Shown piece by piece: positions 38,395 through 48,432 of a stretch of DNA of 64,000 nt. Position 1 is the first letter of the stretch. The number at the start of each line of letters is the position of its first letter. The position numbers and the translations under genes are program-made. The stretch lies in the sequence record PZ386980.1; one strand, given 5' to 3'. The stretch is from a phage. A model generated the notes under the pieces. The model saw only the letters and a program-made list of their open reading frames with translations, did no database searches and was not told where the DNA came from.

Positions 38395-38427
38395 CCAAAA
38401 AGCCCCAACCTTTCGGTCGGGGCTAAG
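38393..38427. repeat. 35-nt direct repeat, copy 2, 5' of ip gene
   Basis: taccaaaaagccccaacctttcggtcggggctaag. Confidence 0.75.
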
Positions 38428-38439
38428 CCTTGCGGCAAC

Positions 38440-38730
38440 CTTGTCGGGGTTCCACCTGCTAAGGCAAGTGTTTGTACGAAACGCCGGGATTCGAACCCGG
38501 TTATCAAGCAGTTGACGCTACTCAATATTTTTAAAAGGCCATATCTCGACCATATCCGAACGTTCCGTCAAAAACGCTACTCGGCTTACGGCAAAGATAT
38601 TTCCTCGAATCGATAATTCGGTGCGCCGTTTCTGCTGTGATATAAGGGGCATTAACAAAACATAAAGATTTATTAATGCCAGTCCTTAAACAGGGAACAT
38701 CAGTCCGACGACTTACCGGTAGCGACCCGG
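38440..38730 (-). ncRNA. Candidate stable RNA region (tRNA-like T-arm, several hairpins)
   Basis: Non-coding, GC-richer than surroundings; CCGGGTTCGAATCCCGG T-arm-like element at 38482..38500 without a full cloverleaf; position resembles T4 species 1/2 RNA genes. Confidence 0.25.
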
Positions 38731-38734
38731 TTTC

Positions 38735-39085
38735 TTAATATTCTTTTAAAGCATCAATTTGTTCACGGCGTTTACGCCATAAATCAATTGCTTCATAAGC
38801 AGATTCAGCATTTCGAATTAGCCGACATTTATGTAAAGACTTATGATTTTGATATTGTGTAGATAACGGAATTTTATCTAAAAGGTCTTTACGTTCAAAA
38901 TATTCGTAACCATCTAAACCAAATGAACGATTTTTGAGAAATTGCCAATGACCAAATTCGTTTTCGACATAAACATAATCTGCATGCTGATAAAGCAAAT
39001 TAATTACACGTTCAGAAATAACAGTATCATTATGATTAAAATAGAATGTTAAATCATGAACTACTAAATAAACATTGCCTTTCAT
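38735..39085 (-). CDS. Hypothetical protein between stable-RNA region and tRNA-Arg
   Basis: Trimmed to first ATG (track TTG start would overlap tRNA-Arg); 116 aa. Confidence 0.4.
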   Translation of the reverse strand: MKGNVYLVVHDLTFYFNHNDTVISERVINLLYQHADYVYVENEFGHWQFLKNRSFGLDGYEYFERKDLLDKIPLSTQYQNHKSLHKCRLIRNAESAYEAIDLWRKRREQIDALKEY

Positions 39086-39103
39086 ATTTTCCTCACTTAT
39101 AAT

Positions 39104-39180
<77 letters not shown>

Positions 39181-39184
39181 TATT

Positions 39185-39259
39185 TGGCGGACATGCATGG
39201 ATTCGAACCATGGACCAATTGATTAACAGTCAACTGCTCTACCACTGAGCTACACATCC
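39185..39259 (-). tRNA. tRNA-Asn (anticodon GTT)
   Basis: Manual cloverleaf: anticodon loop CTGTTAA, T-arm CATGG-TTCGAAT-CCATG, encoded CCA; acceptor stem has two G-U pairs. Confidence 0.7.
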
Positions 39260-39263
39260 AAAT

Positions 39264-39350
39264 TGGTGGGGAGTGATGGAGTCGAACCACCCGAGTCGCA
39301 ATGACAATGAATTTACAGTCCACACCGCTACCTCTACGGGATAACTCCCC
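39264..39350 (-). tRNA. tRNA-Tyr (anticodon GTA), class II with long variable arm
   Basis: 87 nt; perfect 7-bp acceptor stem GGGGAGT/ACTCCCC, anticodon loop CTGTAAA, 15-nt variable arm, encoded CCA. Confidence 0.7.
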
Positions 39351-39362
39351 TAATTCATAATT

Positions 39363-39437
39363 TGGTGGCCCTGGGTGGAATTGAACCACCATCTGGCGAT
39401 TATGAGTCGCTTGCTTGAACCTTCCAGCTACAGGGCC
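39363..39437 (-). tRNA. tRNA with CAT anticodon (Met, or Ile if lysidine-modified)
   Basis: Acceptor GGCCCTG/CAGGGCC, anticodon loop CTCATAA, T-loop TTCAATT, encoded CCA. Confidence 0.75.
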
Positions 39438-39438
39438 T

Positions 39439-39514
39439 TGGTGCTGATTGACGGAATCGAACCGCCGACCTTCTCATTACAAGTGAGTTGCTCTACCTAC
39501 TGAGCTAAATCAGC
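39439..39514 (-). tRNA. tRNA-Thr (anticodon TGT)
   Basis: Acceptor GCTGATT/AATCAGC, anticodon loop CTTGTAA, T-loop TTCGATT, encoded CCA. Confidence 0.85.
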
Positions 39515-39519
39515 AAAAC

Positions 39520-39609
39520 TGGCGGAGGTGATAGGATTCGAACCTATGAATCGCCGGAGCGACTGCCGGTTTTCAAGACCGGTGCATTCAACCACTCTGC
39601 CACACCTCC
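39520..39609 (-). tRNA. tRNA-Ser (anticodon TGA), class II
   Basis: 90 nt; anticodon arm CCGGT-CTTGAAA-ACCGG, long variable arm, T-loop TTCGAAT, encoded CCA. Confidence 0.85.
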
Positions 39610-39615
39610 AAATAT

Positions 39616-40266
39616 TTATATATTGTTAATTTGATTTAGAATTCTTTTTGCTTGAGTATGACTTACGCCAATATGCTTAGCATATTTAGATAATTCACCA
39701 CGCTTAGAAAAATCATATAATTTAGAAATTTCTATTCTTCTTTTTCTTTCATCCGCAGAAACTTTTGCTTCGTTTGCTTTTGCTATTTTACGTTTAGCTT
39801 CTTGAGAATGAGTTTTACCAGCAAAGCCATTCTTCATTAATCCATTTGAAGACCATCCTTTTAATTTTCCGTTAGAATGTGCCTTTTTAACACCCAATGA
39901 AATTAATTCGCGCTGCTGATCTGTCATAGGATAATTATTTATATGATCCCATCCACCTTCACCGCCAAGTTTTAAATTATACACATCTGGTCTATTTAAA
40001 AACTCTTCTGTAACAATATTTTTCTCGGCTTCAAGCATAGATTCTTTATCATCAAAATACTCTAATATTTCTTTAGAAAAATTTTCTATACCATATTTAT
40101 CTTGGGCTCTTTTTAATAATTTACCAGAACCCATATATCCATCATCTAAATTTTCGGTAGAATGCACACCAATATAAATTTTATTATTAATTTTATTTGT
40201 TATTTTATAAAGATAAAAATGCATATCAGTCCCTAATAAAGAACTGAGCGTCTCACGACGAGTCAT
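39616..40266 (-). CDS. segB: GIY-YIG homing endonuclease (SegB-like) inside the tRNA cluster
   Basis: 216 aa; FYLYKIT...KIYIGVHS...GYMGSG GIY-YIG motifs, basic C-terminal half; sits between tRNA-Gly and tRNA-Ser. Confidence 0.7.
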   Translation of the reverse strand: MTRRETLSSLLGTDMHFYLYKITNKINNKIYIGVHSTENLDDGYMGSGKLLKRAQDKYGIENFSKEILEYFDDKESMLEAEKNIVTEEFLNRPDVYNLKLGGEGGWDHINNYPMTDQQRELISLGVKKAHSNGKLKGWSSNGLMKNGFAGKTHSQEAKRKIAKANEAKVSADERKRRIEISKLYDFSKRGELSKYAKHIGVSHTQAKRILNQINNI

Positions 40267-40270
40267 AAAT

Positions 40271-40344
<74 letters not shown>

Positions 40345-40349
40345 AAATT

Positions 40350-40436
40350 TGGTGCGAGAAGTGGGACTCGAACCCACAAGGAAATCATTCCGCAGCATTT
40401 TAAGTGCTGTGCCTTTACCAATTTGACCATTCTCGC
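40350..40436 (-). tRNA. tRNA-Leu (anticodon TAA), class II
   Basis: 87 nt; anticodon arm CAGCA-CTTAAAA-TGCTG, long variable arm, encoded CCA. Confidence 0.85.
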
Positions 40437-40437
40437 G

Positions 40438-40510
40438 CTGGGAATAAAGGACTCGAACCTTTGCATCCTGGAATCAAAATCCAGTGCCTTACCAACTTGG
40501 CTAATTCCCA
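40438..40510 (-). tRNA. tRNA-Gln (anticodon TTG); 3' CCA not encoded
   Basis: Acceptor TGGGAAT/ATTCCCA, anticodon arm CTGGA-TTTTGAT-TCCAG, T-loop TTCGAGT; only 2 nt separate it from tRNA-Leu. Confidence 0.8.
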
Positions 40511-40607
40511 ATTATTAACAAAGGCTCTCAAGCAAGAACCCTTGATGATAGAGGGTATTAATCAGTGCGGTATGAGTTAATAATAACAAATAATTCTTAA
40601 AGCATAT

Positions 40608-40895
40608 TTACCATTTATGATAATACATATTTACGATGCACTCAAGACCCAAAGGATTCTTGAAAATATCATATTCAAGAGGACCTTTTTCTGTTTCAAT
40701 AAAGAAATCAAAATTTACTGTATTAAATTTATGGTCTTCCTTCACTAATTTAACTTGAGAAGATGAACGGTCAATGTAAACTTTTTCAACTTCAAAACAT
40801 GTTAAAATACCATAATCATCAATCAAGGCTTTAGCTGCTTCTTGATCATATTTATATCCATTTTCAATGGATGATACTTTTGCATAAAGAATCAT
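40608..40895 (-). CDS. Hypothetical protein
   Basis: ORF track (95 aa). Confidence 0.5.
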   Translation of the reverse strand: MILYAKVSSIENGYKYDQEAAKALIDDYGILTCFEVEKVYIDRSSSQVKLVKEDHKFNTVNFDFFIETEKGPLEYDIFKNPLGLECIVNMYYHKW

Positions 40896-40898
40896 TAT

Positions 40899-41318
40899 TT
40901 ACCCTTCATCAACAATAGTATGAGTGTGGGCATTTACAATTTGCCACCAATCAAAGCGATTAGAACCATACATTGGTTTGTTCTCATTTTCTTTGATAAT
41001 GTCACGGAGTTCATCTTCGGTAGCGGCTTTCGCGATTAAATCAGCATATCCACCGCGAGGATAATAATTATCACCTGCAAAAAGTAAAAAGTTTGGTTTA
41101 ATGTTATTGAACTCTTCAAGAGTAATAACTGTTCCACCAGGTTGAACAATATCTACATAACTATATCCTAATTTTTGAGCAGCATCTACTGCTTCAAGCA
41201 GGGTATCATGAGCCCATCCAATTTGGCAATCTGGCTTTTCAGATGGATTAGCCTGATAATCTGCATATACTTTATACATTCTACTCACCTTTAGAAATTT
41301 TATCCATAACGATAGCAA
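40899..41318 (-). CDS. Hypothetical protein (start probably at an internal Met)
   Basis: ORF track (139 aa); N-terminus overlaps upstream ORF. Confidence 0.5.
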   Translation of the reverse strand: MLSLWIKFLKVSRMYKVYADYQANPSEKPDCQIGWAHDTLLEAVDAAQKLGYSYVDIVQPGGTVITLEEFNNIKPNFLLFAGDNYYPRGGYADLIAKAATEDELRDIIKENENKPMYGSNRFDWWQIVNAHTHTIVDEG

Positions 41319-41466
41319 TTAAACCAATTAAAAATGCTACTACAAGTGAAAATACATTTTCTGCTGTAGTTAATAATCCGCATATAAATCCAACAAACAT
41401 TGAAAAACTAAAAGCGGAAGCAGAAATTGCAATAGCAACATTTCGAATTAATTCACAACGTTTCAT
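41281..41466 (-). CDS. Small membrane protein
   Basis: 61 aa, two hydrophobic helices; early promoter directly upstream. Confidence 0.45.
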   Translation of the reverse strand: MKRCELIRNVAIAISASAFSFSMFVGFICGLLTTAENVFSLVVAFLIGLIAIVMDKISKGE

Positions 41467-41492
41467 TTTATTCTCCTCAGTAGTTGATAGGG

Positions 41493-41550
41493 TAATAGTA
41501 TCACAACTAAAACCCTATGTAAACAACTTTGTGAAATTATTTTAAATCTT
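41493..41550 (-). promoter_or_regulatory. T4-type early promoter
   Basis: UP element, -35 GTTTAC, -10 TACTAT. Confidence 0.5.
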
Positions 41551-41794
41551 CTAATCGTTTCTTCATCTTAGAACCATTTTTAGCGATTTCTCCTGCGTCA
41601 GAGCATAATGCTAAAAGTGCTTTAACTTTAGTTTGGTCTCCTTTAAAAGACGAAGGATCGACTGCAGCAGCAAGTTCTTTAATACGAGAGAAAAGACGCT
41701 CAGCTTCAGCTAAAGCCATTCCAAGCTTTACTTCCATACCATGAGAAGATTCAGTGATAATAGTTTCTGTAGCAAACTCTTTATAAGTTTTCAT
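41537..41794 (-). CDS. ipI: Internal protein I-like (capsid-targeted, candidate anti-restriction)
   Basis: 85 aa; N-terminus MKTYKEFATE; position between tRNA cluster and 57B as for T4 ipI. Confidence 0.7.
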   Translation of the reverse strand: MKTYKEFATETIITESSHGMEVKLGMALAEAERLFSRIKELAAAVDPSSFKGDQTKVKALLALCSDAGEIAKNGSKMKKRLEDLK

Positions 41795-41821
41795 TTTATT
41801 TTTCCTAATTAATTTTGATGA

Positions 41822-42564
<743 letters not shown>

Positions 42565-42565
<1 letters not shown>

Positions 42566-43290
42566 TATAGTACCTTTAGTGTATTTTTAATTTTAGAAAA
42601 AAGTTCTTCAAGAGAACCATCGTTTGTAATTACTAAATCACCATCACGAATTGGCAATCCAGCTTCTGTAATATGTGTATCATTGGATTTTTGACCAGGA
42701 CGAACTACATGAATTACTGTAGCACCCATCGCCCTAGCCGCATCCATTTCATGATCTTGACGAGTATCAGAAACGATATAATAATCATAACCTGAGTTAA
42801 ATTTATCAAGATAATCTAAAGCAAATAATTTTACCCAGTACATGCGGTCGAAGTTATTAACAATCAAATCCGTACCTAGGGCTTGCATCAGACGACGGAC
42901 TGACCATTGATCTTCAATATTATTTATAACGTCAATAATCTTGTTAAATGCTACGGAATTAACTGATTCTTTTCCTTCGTCATCAAAAACAAACACACCT
43001 TTAATTGGGCTTTTACCATTAAGATAGCAAAATGCTTGTTCCATAATCGTGATTACTTCTAATTTAGTCAGATTTAAATTAGTCTCACGATCATAGTCAA
43101 TTCCTTCAAACTCTTTACGGGTTAAGCAAGGATAGTCAGTGTTTGCCGCAAATACTCCCCATGCATAAGCCAATGCATCCTTAATAGGACCAGCAAGTTG
43201 GTATTTAACTGCAGAATAATTGCTCATGATAAAATCAGCAGTAGTATCTTTTCCACTACGCTTTACACCGCTTAAAAAGATTAGTTTCAT
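42565..43290 (-). CDS. 1: Deoxynucleoside monophosphate kinase gp1
   Basis: 241 aa from ATG 43290 (GAGGAG Shine-Dalgarno; track start is an upstream TTG); P-loop GVKRSGKDT; matches recalled T4 gp1. Confidence 0.9.
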
Positions 43291-43339
43291 GTGTTTCTCC
43301 TCAAATTTAATTAAGATTATAACACACAAAACTGAAGCA

Positions 43340-43870
43340 TTAAACTTCCGCTATAATTTTTCCATCTTTTTCTACTTGAAAATAGGTGTAAGGAATCGTT
43401 GCAGTACATACTAAAGCCGGGTCTGAATCTTCTGTGTAGCTAAATTCTACTTCAGATAGGTCAGAAACCCAAGGCTTATAAAAATTTATTGACATCACTA
43501 TTTCAGTTTTGCTATTATCTAAGATGTAAAGCGTAATGTACTCAGGACCTGTTTTTTGGGCAGTATTTTCACCTGTAAGATAGTTGCTAGTTCCTAGCAT
43601 CCATTCATACATTCCTATCCACGACTTAAGTTCTTCATCAACTATAAATCTCACAATGAGTGGATCATACTCAAATGTAACACCTGGACGTTGTGCTCGG
43701 CCCAGTCCAAACGGCCCAGTCACGGTATCAGTAACAGGTATTCTAATTCCTGGAATAGGAACTGACTGAGCATTTAAAGTAAAAGCAGATGTAGTATTAC
43801 TATGTGGTATTGATACTACAAAGTTAGTTGTATTTGCTTGGTTAAAAATTTGTTGCAGAGCTTGCGACAT
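43340..43870 (-). CDS. 3: Tail completion / sheath stabiliser protein gp3
   Basis: 176 aa from internal Met (recalled T4 gp3 length); track ORF continues 27 codons upstream to 43951; start not certain. Confidence 0.75.
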   Translation of the reverse strand: MSQALQQIFNQANTTNFVVSIPHSNTTSAFTLNAQSVPIPGIRIPVTDTVTGPFGLGRAQRPGVTFEYDPLIVRFIVDEELKSWIGMYEWMLGTSNYLTGENTAQKTGPEYITLYILDNSKTEIVMSINFYKPWVSDLSEVEFSYTEDSDPALVCTATIPYTYFQVEKDGKIIAEV

Positions 43871-43976
43871 ATATTCCTCATAATGCTTTATAACTGTTGG
43901 TGGTATAATGGGTCTAAGTCCCTTCCATTCAATTTCATTTAGAACAAACAACAGAAAAGAATGGAAGATAATAGAA

Positions 43977-44801
43977 TTAGATATTTGACCAGACTTTGTT
44001 TGCAGAGAAACGTTTTCCTTTTGAAACGAACTGCTGAAGTGGCATTAACACAACGTTCGCCCAGTCTTTCGGGGCGATTTCAACAAGGCTACCCATAATA
44101 TTACCGGGTATATATGCCTTAATCATTTGATCTGCACCCCTAAATCCTTTCACTTGACTCCAATCAATTTTTAATTTCGTTTTATTAGTAATAGTAGGTG
44201 TATTTGCATATTGCTTTAAAAGCTCTTCTAGGAATTGCTGACGAGCTTTAGGTGGAATATAGTGCAAGTTTAATCCGTACATTAAATTATGCTTACCTAA
44301 ACCAAGGTAAATTATCAAAGGAAATTTATCCCAGTAAGGAAGAGTTTCCTTGTGTTTAGCATCATAAGCAAAAGCATATATTCGCCCCGGCTGCGGGCGA
44401 ACAACTTTATGTCCTTTTACTTGCTTAATAGTTTCGGCAAACCATTTTCTGGTTTTATTATTAATTGCTGCACCTTCATTACGAATTTTATCGCGCAATG
44501 TTTGTCTGAATGAATTTATCATAAGCAGTTGTCTTTCTTGCTTATTGAGCTTATTCATTGGTTTTGATTCAAGCTTTTGAATCTTTTCAGCCGTTTTAAT
44601 TCCTGAAGCATATTTTGACATTGCTGAAGTAAACGTAGAGTATTTGATTCCTCTTTCTTCAGCAAATTGCTTTCCTGTCATTCCTTTTGCTTTGGCCTTT
44701 TTATATTCAAGACCTATCTGAATCCATTTCTTTTCGTTTAATGATTGCTTAACCTTTGGAACTTGGGGTGTGCTTTCATTAATTATTTGAAAAATAGCCA
44801 T
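43977..44801 (-). CDS. 2: DNA end-protector protein gp2
   Basis: 274 aa; [11 protein letters not shown]...; TAATG overlap with gene 4. Confidence 0.85.
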
Positions 44802-45253
44802 TATGCCCCCTTAAAGCCAAGAGCTCGTAATCCATCTTCTGTTAGAATTCTAAATTTTATTCCACGCTTTTCAGCTAAAGATTGTGCTGCTTTCCATTTG
44901 TCAGTGTTCACAGACCAGGTATAAATTTCATTCATAAATCTTTTCTTCGCTGCAGTTGTTAGATGTGCTGGTTTAACTGGTGGTTGTGTTTCTTTTTTAG
45001 GTTTTATTTCAATAAAAAATTCTTGTCCAGAAGAATCTTTCATCCAAATATCCATGAAGTATCTACGTTTTTTCCCTTCGGCATTACAAAAATAAGGAAT
45101 TACTGCTGTTTCACTACCCCATGCAATAATTTCTGGATTTTTATCTAACCATTCAAAAAAGAATTTTTCCCAATTTGATCTATACGTAATTTTTTTAGGG
45201 TCACCTCTATATTTTGATATATTTTTAGGAACCCATTTTCCAGAATATGCCAT
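44801..45253 (-). CDS. 4: Head completion protein gp4
   Basis: 150 aa; first gene of the minus-strand 4-2-3 late unit; late promoter upstream. Confidence 0.85.
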
Positions 45254-45264
45254 TGGATTCTCCT

Positions 45265-45272
45265 TATAAATA
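45265..45272 (+). promoter_or_regulatory. Late promoter TATAAATA for gene 53
   Basis: Exact TATAAATA ~28 nt upstream of gene 53 ATG. Confidence 0.55.
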
Positions 45273-45279
45273 GATAATA

Positions 45280-45287
45280 TATTTATA
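45280..45287 (-). promoter_or_regulatory. Late promoter TATAAATA for gene 4 (divergent)
   Basis: Exact TATAAATA on minus strand ~27 nt upstream of gene 4 ATG. Confidence 0.55.
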
Positions 45288-45300
45288 AACAGGAGGGCCC

Positions 45301-45891
45301 ATGCTCTTTACATTTTTTGATCCGATTGAATATGCGGCCAAAACGGTGAATAAAAACGCGCCGACTATTCCTATGACAGATATTTTTAGAAACTATAAAG
45401 ACTATTTCAAACGTGCTCTTGCGGGATACCGCTTACGTACTTATTATATTAAAGGTTCACCACGCCCGGAAGAATTAGCAAATACTATATATGGAAATCC
45501 GCAGTTGTATTGGGTTTTATTGATGTGTAATGATAATTATGACCCGTATTATGGATGGATTACTTCACAAGAAGCTGCTTATCAAGCATCTATACAAAAA
45601 TACAAAAACGTAGGTGGAGACCAAATAGTATATCATGTGAATGAAAACGGTGAAAAATTTTATAATTTAGTATCATACGATGATAATCCATATGTTTGGT
45701 ATGATAAAGGCGATAAAGCTAAAAAATATCCTCAATATGAAGGAGCGCTTGCTGCGGTCGATACGTATGAAGCTGCTGTTCTTGAAAATGAAAAACTTCG
45801 TCAAATAAAAATAATAGCAAAATCAGACATCAATTCATTTATGAACGACCTTATACGTATAATGGAGAAATCTTATGGAAATGATAAGTAA
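45301..45891 (+). CDS. 53: Baseplate wedge protein gp53
   Basis: 196 aa; MLFTFFDPIEYAAKTVNKNAPTIPMTDIF matches recalled T4 gp53. Confidence 0.9.
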   Translation: MLFTFFDPIEYAAKTVNKNAPTIPMTDIFRNYKDYFKRALAGYRLRTYYIKGSPRPEELANTIYGNPQLYWVLLMCNDNYDPYYGWITSQEAAYQASIQKYKNVGGDQIVYHVNENGEKFYNLVSYDDNPYVWYDKGDKAKKYPQYEGALAAVDTYEAAVLENEKLRQIKIIAKSDINSFMNDLIRIMEKSYGNDK

Positions 45892-47602
45892 TAACCTTAA
45901 TTGGTTTGTTGGTGTTGTTGAAGATAGAATGGACCCATTAAAATTAGGTCGTGTTCGTGTTCGTGTGGTTGGTCTGCATCCACCTCAAAGAGCACAAGGT
46001 GATGTAATGGGTATTCCAACTGAAAAATTACCATGGATGTCAGTTATTCAACCTATAACTTCTGCAGCAATGTCTGGAATTGGAGGCTCCGTTACTGGAC
46101 CGGTAGAAGGAACTAGAGTTTATGGTCATTTTTTAGACAAATGGAAAACCAACGGAATTGTCCTTGGCACGTATGGTGGAATAGTTCGCGAAAAACCGAA
46201 TAGACTTGAAGGATTTTCTGATCCAACTGGACAATATCCTAGACGTTTAGGAAATGATACTAACGTACTAAACCAAGGCGGTGATGTAGGATATGATTCC
46301 TCTTCTAATGTTATTCAAGATAGTAACTTAGACACTGCAATAAATCCTGATGATAGACCACTATCAGAGATTCCAACTGATGATAATCCAAACATGTCAA
46401 TGGCTGAAATGCTTCGCCGTGATGAAGGATTAAGACTAAAAGTTTATTGGGATACTGAAGGATATCCGACAATTGGTATTGGTCATCTTATCATGAAGCA
46501 GCCAGTTCGTGATATGGCTCAAATTAATAAAGTTTTATCAAAACAAGTTGGTCGTGAAATTACAGGAAATCCAGGTTCTATTACAATGGAAGAAGCGACG
46601 ACTTTATTTGAGCGTGATTTGGCTGATATGCAACGTGACATTAAATCACATTCTAAAGTAGGACCAGTCTGGCAAGCTGTCAACCGTTCTCGTCAAATGG
46701 CATTAGAAAATATGGCATTTCAGATGGGTGTTGGCGGTGTAGCTAAATTTAACACAATGTTAACTGCTATGTTAGCAGGAGATTGGGAAAAAGCATATAA
46801 AGCCGGTCGTGATTCATTGTGGTATCAACAAACAAAAGGCCGTGCATCCCGTGTTACCATGATTATTCTTACGGGGAATTTGGAATCATATGGTGTTGAA
46901 GTGAAAACTCCAGCTAGGTCTTTATCGGCAATGGCTGCGACTGTAGCTAAATCTTCTGACCCTGCTGACCCTCCTATTCCAAATGACTCGAGAATTTTAT
47001 TCAAAGAACCAGTTTCTTCATATAAAGGCGAATATCCGTATGTTCACACAATGGAAACTGAAAGCGGTCATATTCAGGAATTTGATGATACCCCTGGGCA
47101 AGAACGATACAGATTAGTTCATCCAACTGGAACTTATGAAGAAGTATCACCGTCAGGAAGAAGAACAAGAAAAACTGTTGATAATTTGTATGATATAACA
47201 AATGCTGATGGTAATTTTTTGGTAGCCGGCGATAAAAAGACTAACGTCGGTGGATCAGAAATTTATTACAACATGGATAATCGTCTTCACCAAATAGATG
47301 GAAGCAATACGATATTTGTGCGTGGAGATGAAACTAAGACAGTTGAAGGTAATGGAACTATCCTAGTTAAAGGTAATGTTACTATTGTAGTTGAAGGTAA
47401 TGCTGACATTACAGTTAAAGGAGATGCTACCACTTTAGTTGAAGGAAATCAAACTAATACAGTAAATGGAAATCTTTCTTGGAAAGTTGCTGGGACAGTT
47501 GATTGGGACGTTGGTGGTGATTGGACAGAAAAAATGGCATCTATGAGTTCTATTTCATCTGGTCAATACACAATTGATGGATCGAGGATTGACATTGGCT
47601 AA
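45875..47602 (+). CDS. 5: Baseplate hub / tail lysozyme (cell-puncturing device) gp5
   Basis: 575 aa; OB-fold N-terminus, central lysozyme domain (MAEMLRRDEGLRLKVYWDTEGYPTIGIGH), C-terminal VxGxxxxx beta-helix repeats. Confidence 0.95.
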   Translation: MEMISNNLNWFVGVVEDRMDPLKLGRVRVRVVGLHPPQRAQGDVMGIPTEKLPWMSVIQPITSAAMSGIGGSVTGPVEGTRVYGHFLDKWKTNGIVLGTYGGIVREKPNRLEGFSDPTGQYPRRLGNDTNVLNQGGDVGYDSSSNVIQDSNLDTAINPDDRPLSEIPTDDNPNMSMAEMLRRDEGLRLKVYWDTEGYPTIGIGHLIMKQPVRDMAQINKVLSKQVGREITGNPGSITMEEATTLFERDLADMQRDIKSHSKVGPVWQAVNRSRQMALENMAFQMGVGGVAKFNTMLTAMLAGDWEKAYKAGRDSLWYQQTKGRASRVTMIILTGNLESYGVEVKTPARSLSAMAATVAKSSDPADPPIPNDSRILFKEPVSSYKGEYPYVHTMETESGHIQEFDDTPGQERYRLVHPTGTYEEVSPSGRRTRKTVDNLYDITNADGNFLVAGDKKTNVGGSEIYYNMDNRLHQIDGSNTIFVRGDETKTVEGNGTILVKGNVTIVVEGNADITVKGDATTLVEGNQTNTVNGNLSWKVAGTVDWDVGGDWTEKMASMSSISSGQYTIDGSRIDIG

Positions 47603-47636
47603 TATACTTCCAATGAGCGCTGATTTAGGAGAATCC

Positions 47637-48131
47637 ATGGAAGGTTCTTCTATCGACGTCACCTTTACCGCTCAATTAGAAACGGGTGAAACGTTAGTAT
47701 CTATAAATATAACTAGTTACGAAGAAACTCCTGGGGTTTTAGTAGAAGAAAATCGCTTATATGGAACATATGAATCTGTATTTGGTTTCGGAAATGACGC
47801 GTTGAAATATCGTTTAGGCGATGAATTTAAAACTGCTGCTTCATGGGAAGAACTTCCTACTGATTCTGATACTCAGTTGTATTTGTGGAAAGCTCCTCAA
47901 AATCTCCAGAAGACATTCACTTACGAAGTAACATTAATATATGACTACCAAGAACAAAGTGAATCTGGAGGTTCTGGCAGTAATTCTAGGTCATCTTCTG
48001 ATGCTACTGAACCAACCGATCCTCCAGCTCCAATAAGAAAAACTCTTGTTAAAAATTACACAAAAACTATAGTTGGAAATTGGAGCCGTTGGGCTAATAA
48101 ATTGAGAAGCTACGTATATGAGAGGCAATAA
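47637..48131 (+). CDS. 5.1: gp5.1-like protein
   Basis: Track ORF 47574..48131 trimmed to ATG after gene 5 stop with GGAG Shine-Dalgarno; Ser/Gly-rich. Confidence 0.55.
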
Positions 48132-48424
48132 TGTCAGGATTAAGTTATGATAAATGTGTTACTGCTGGTCATGAAGCGTGGCCTCCAACAGTTGTGAATG
48201 CTACACAAAGTAAAGTATTCACTGGAGGAATTGCTGTTCTAGTAGCAGGCGATCCAATTACAGAACATACAGAAATTAAAAAGCCATATGAAACACATGG
48301 CGGAGTGACACAACCCAGAACTTCTAAGGTATATGTCACTGGAAAGAAAGCTGTTCAAATGGCTGATCCAATATCATGCGGTGATACTGTGGCTCAGGCA
48401 TCATCTAAAGTATTCATTAAATAG
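48131..48424 (+). CDS. 5.4: PAAR-repeat spike-tip protein gp5.4
   Basis: 97 aa; position after 5/5.1; small beta-rich PAAR-like protein. Confidence 0.8.
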
Positions 48425-48432
48425 GATTTAAA

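Noticed and set aside
38482-38500. T-arm-like element considered as the missing tRNA-Pro
   Set aside because: No acceptor stem, anticodon arm or CCA could be built around it; kept only as part of a candidate stable-RNA region.
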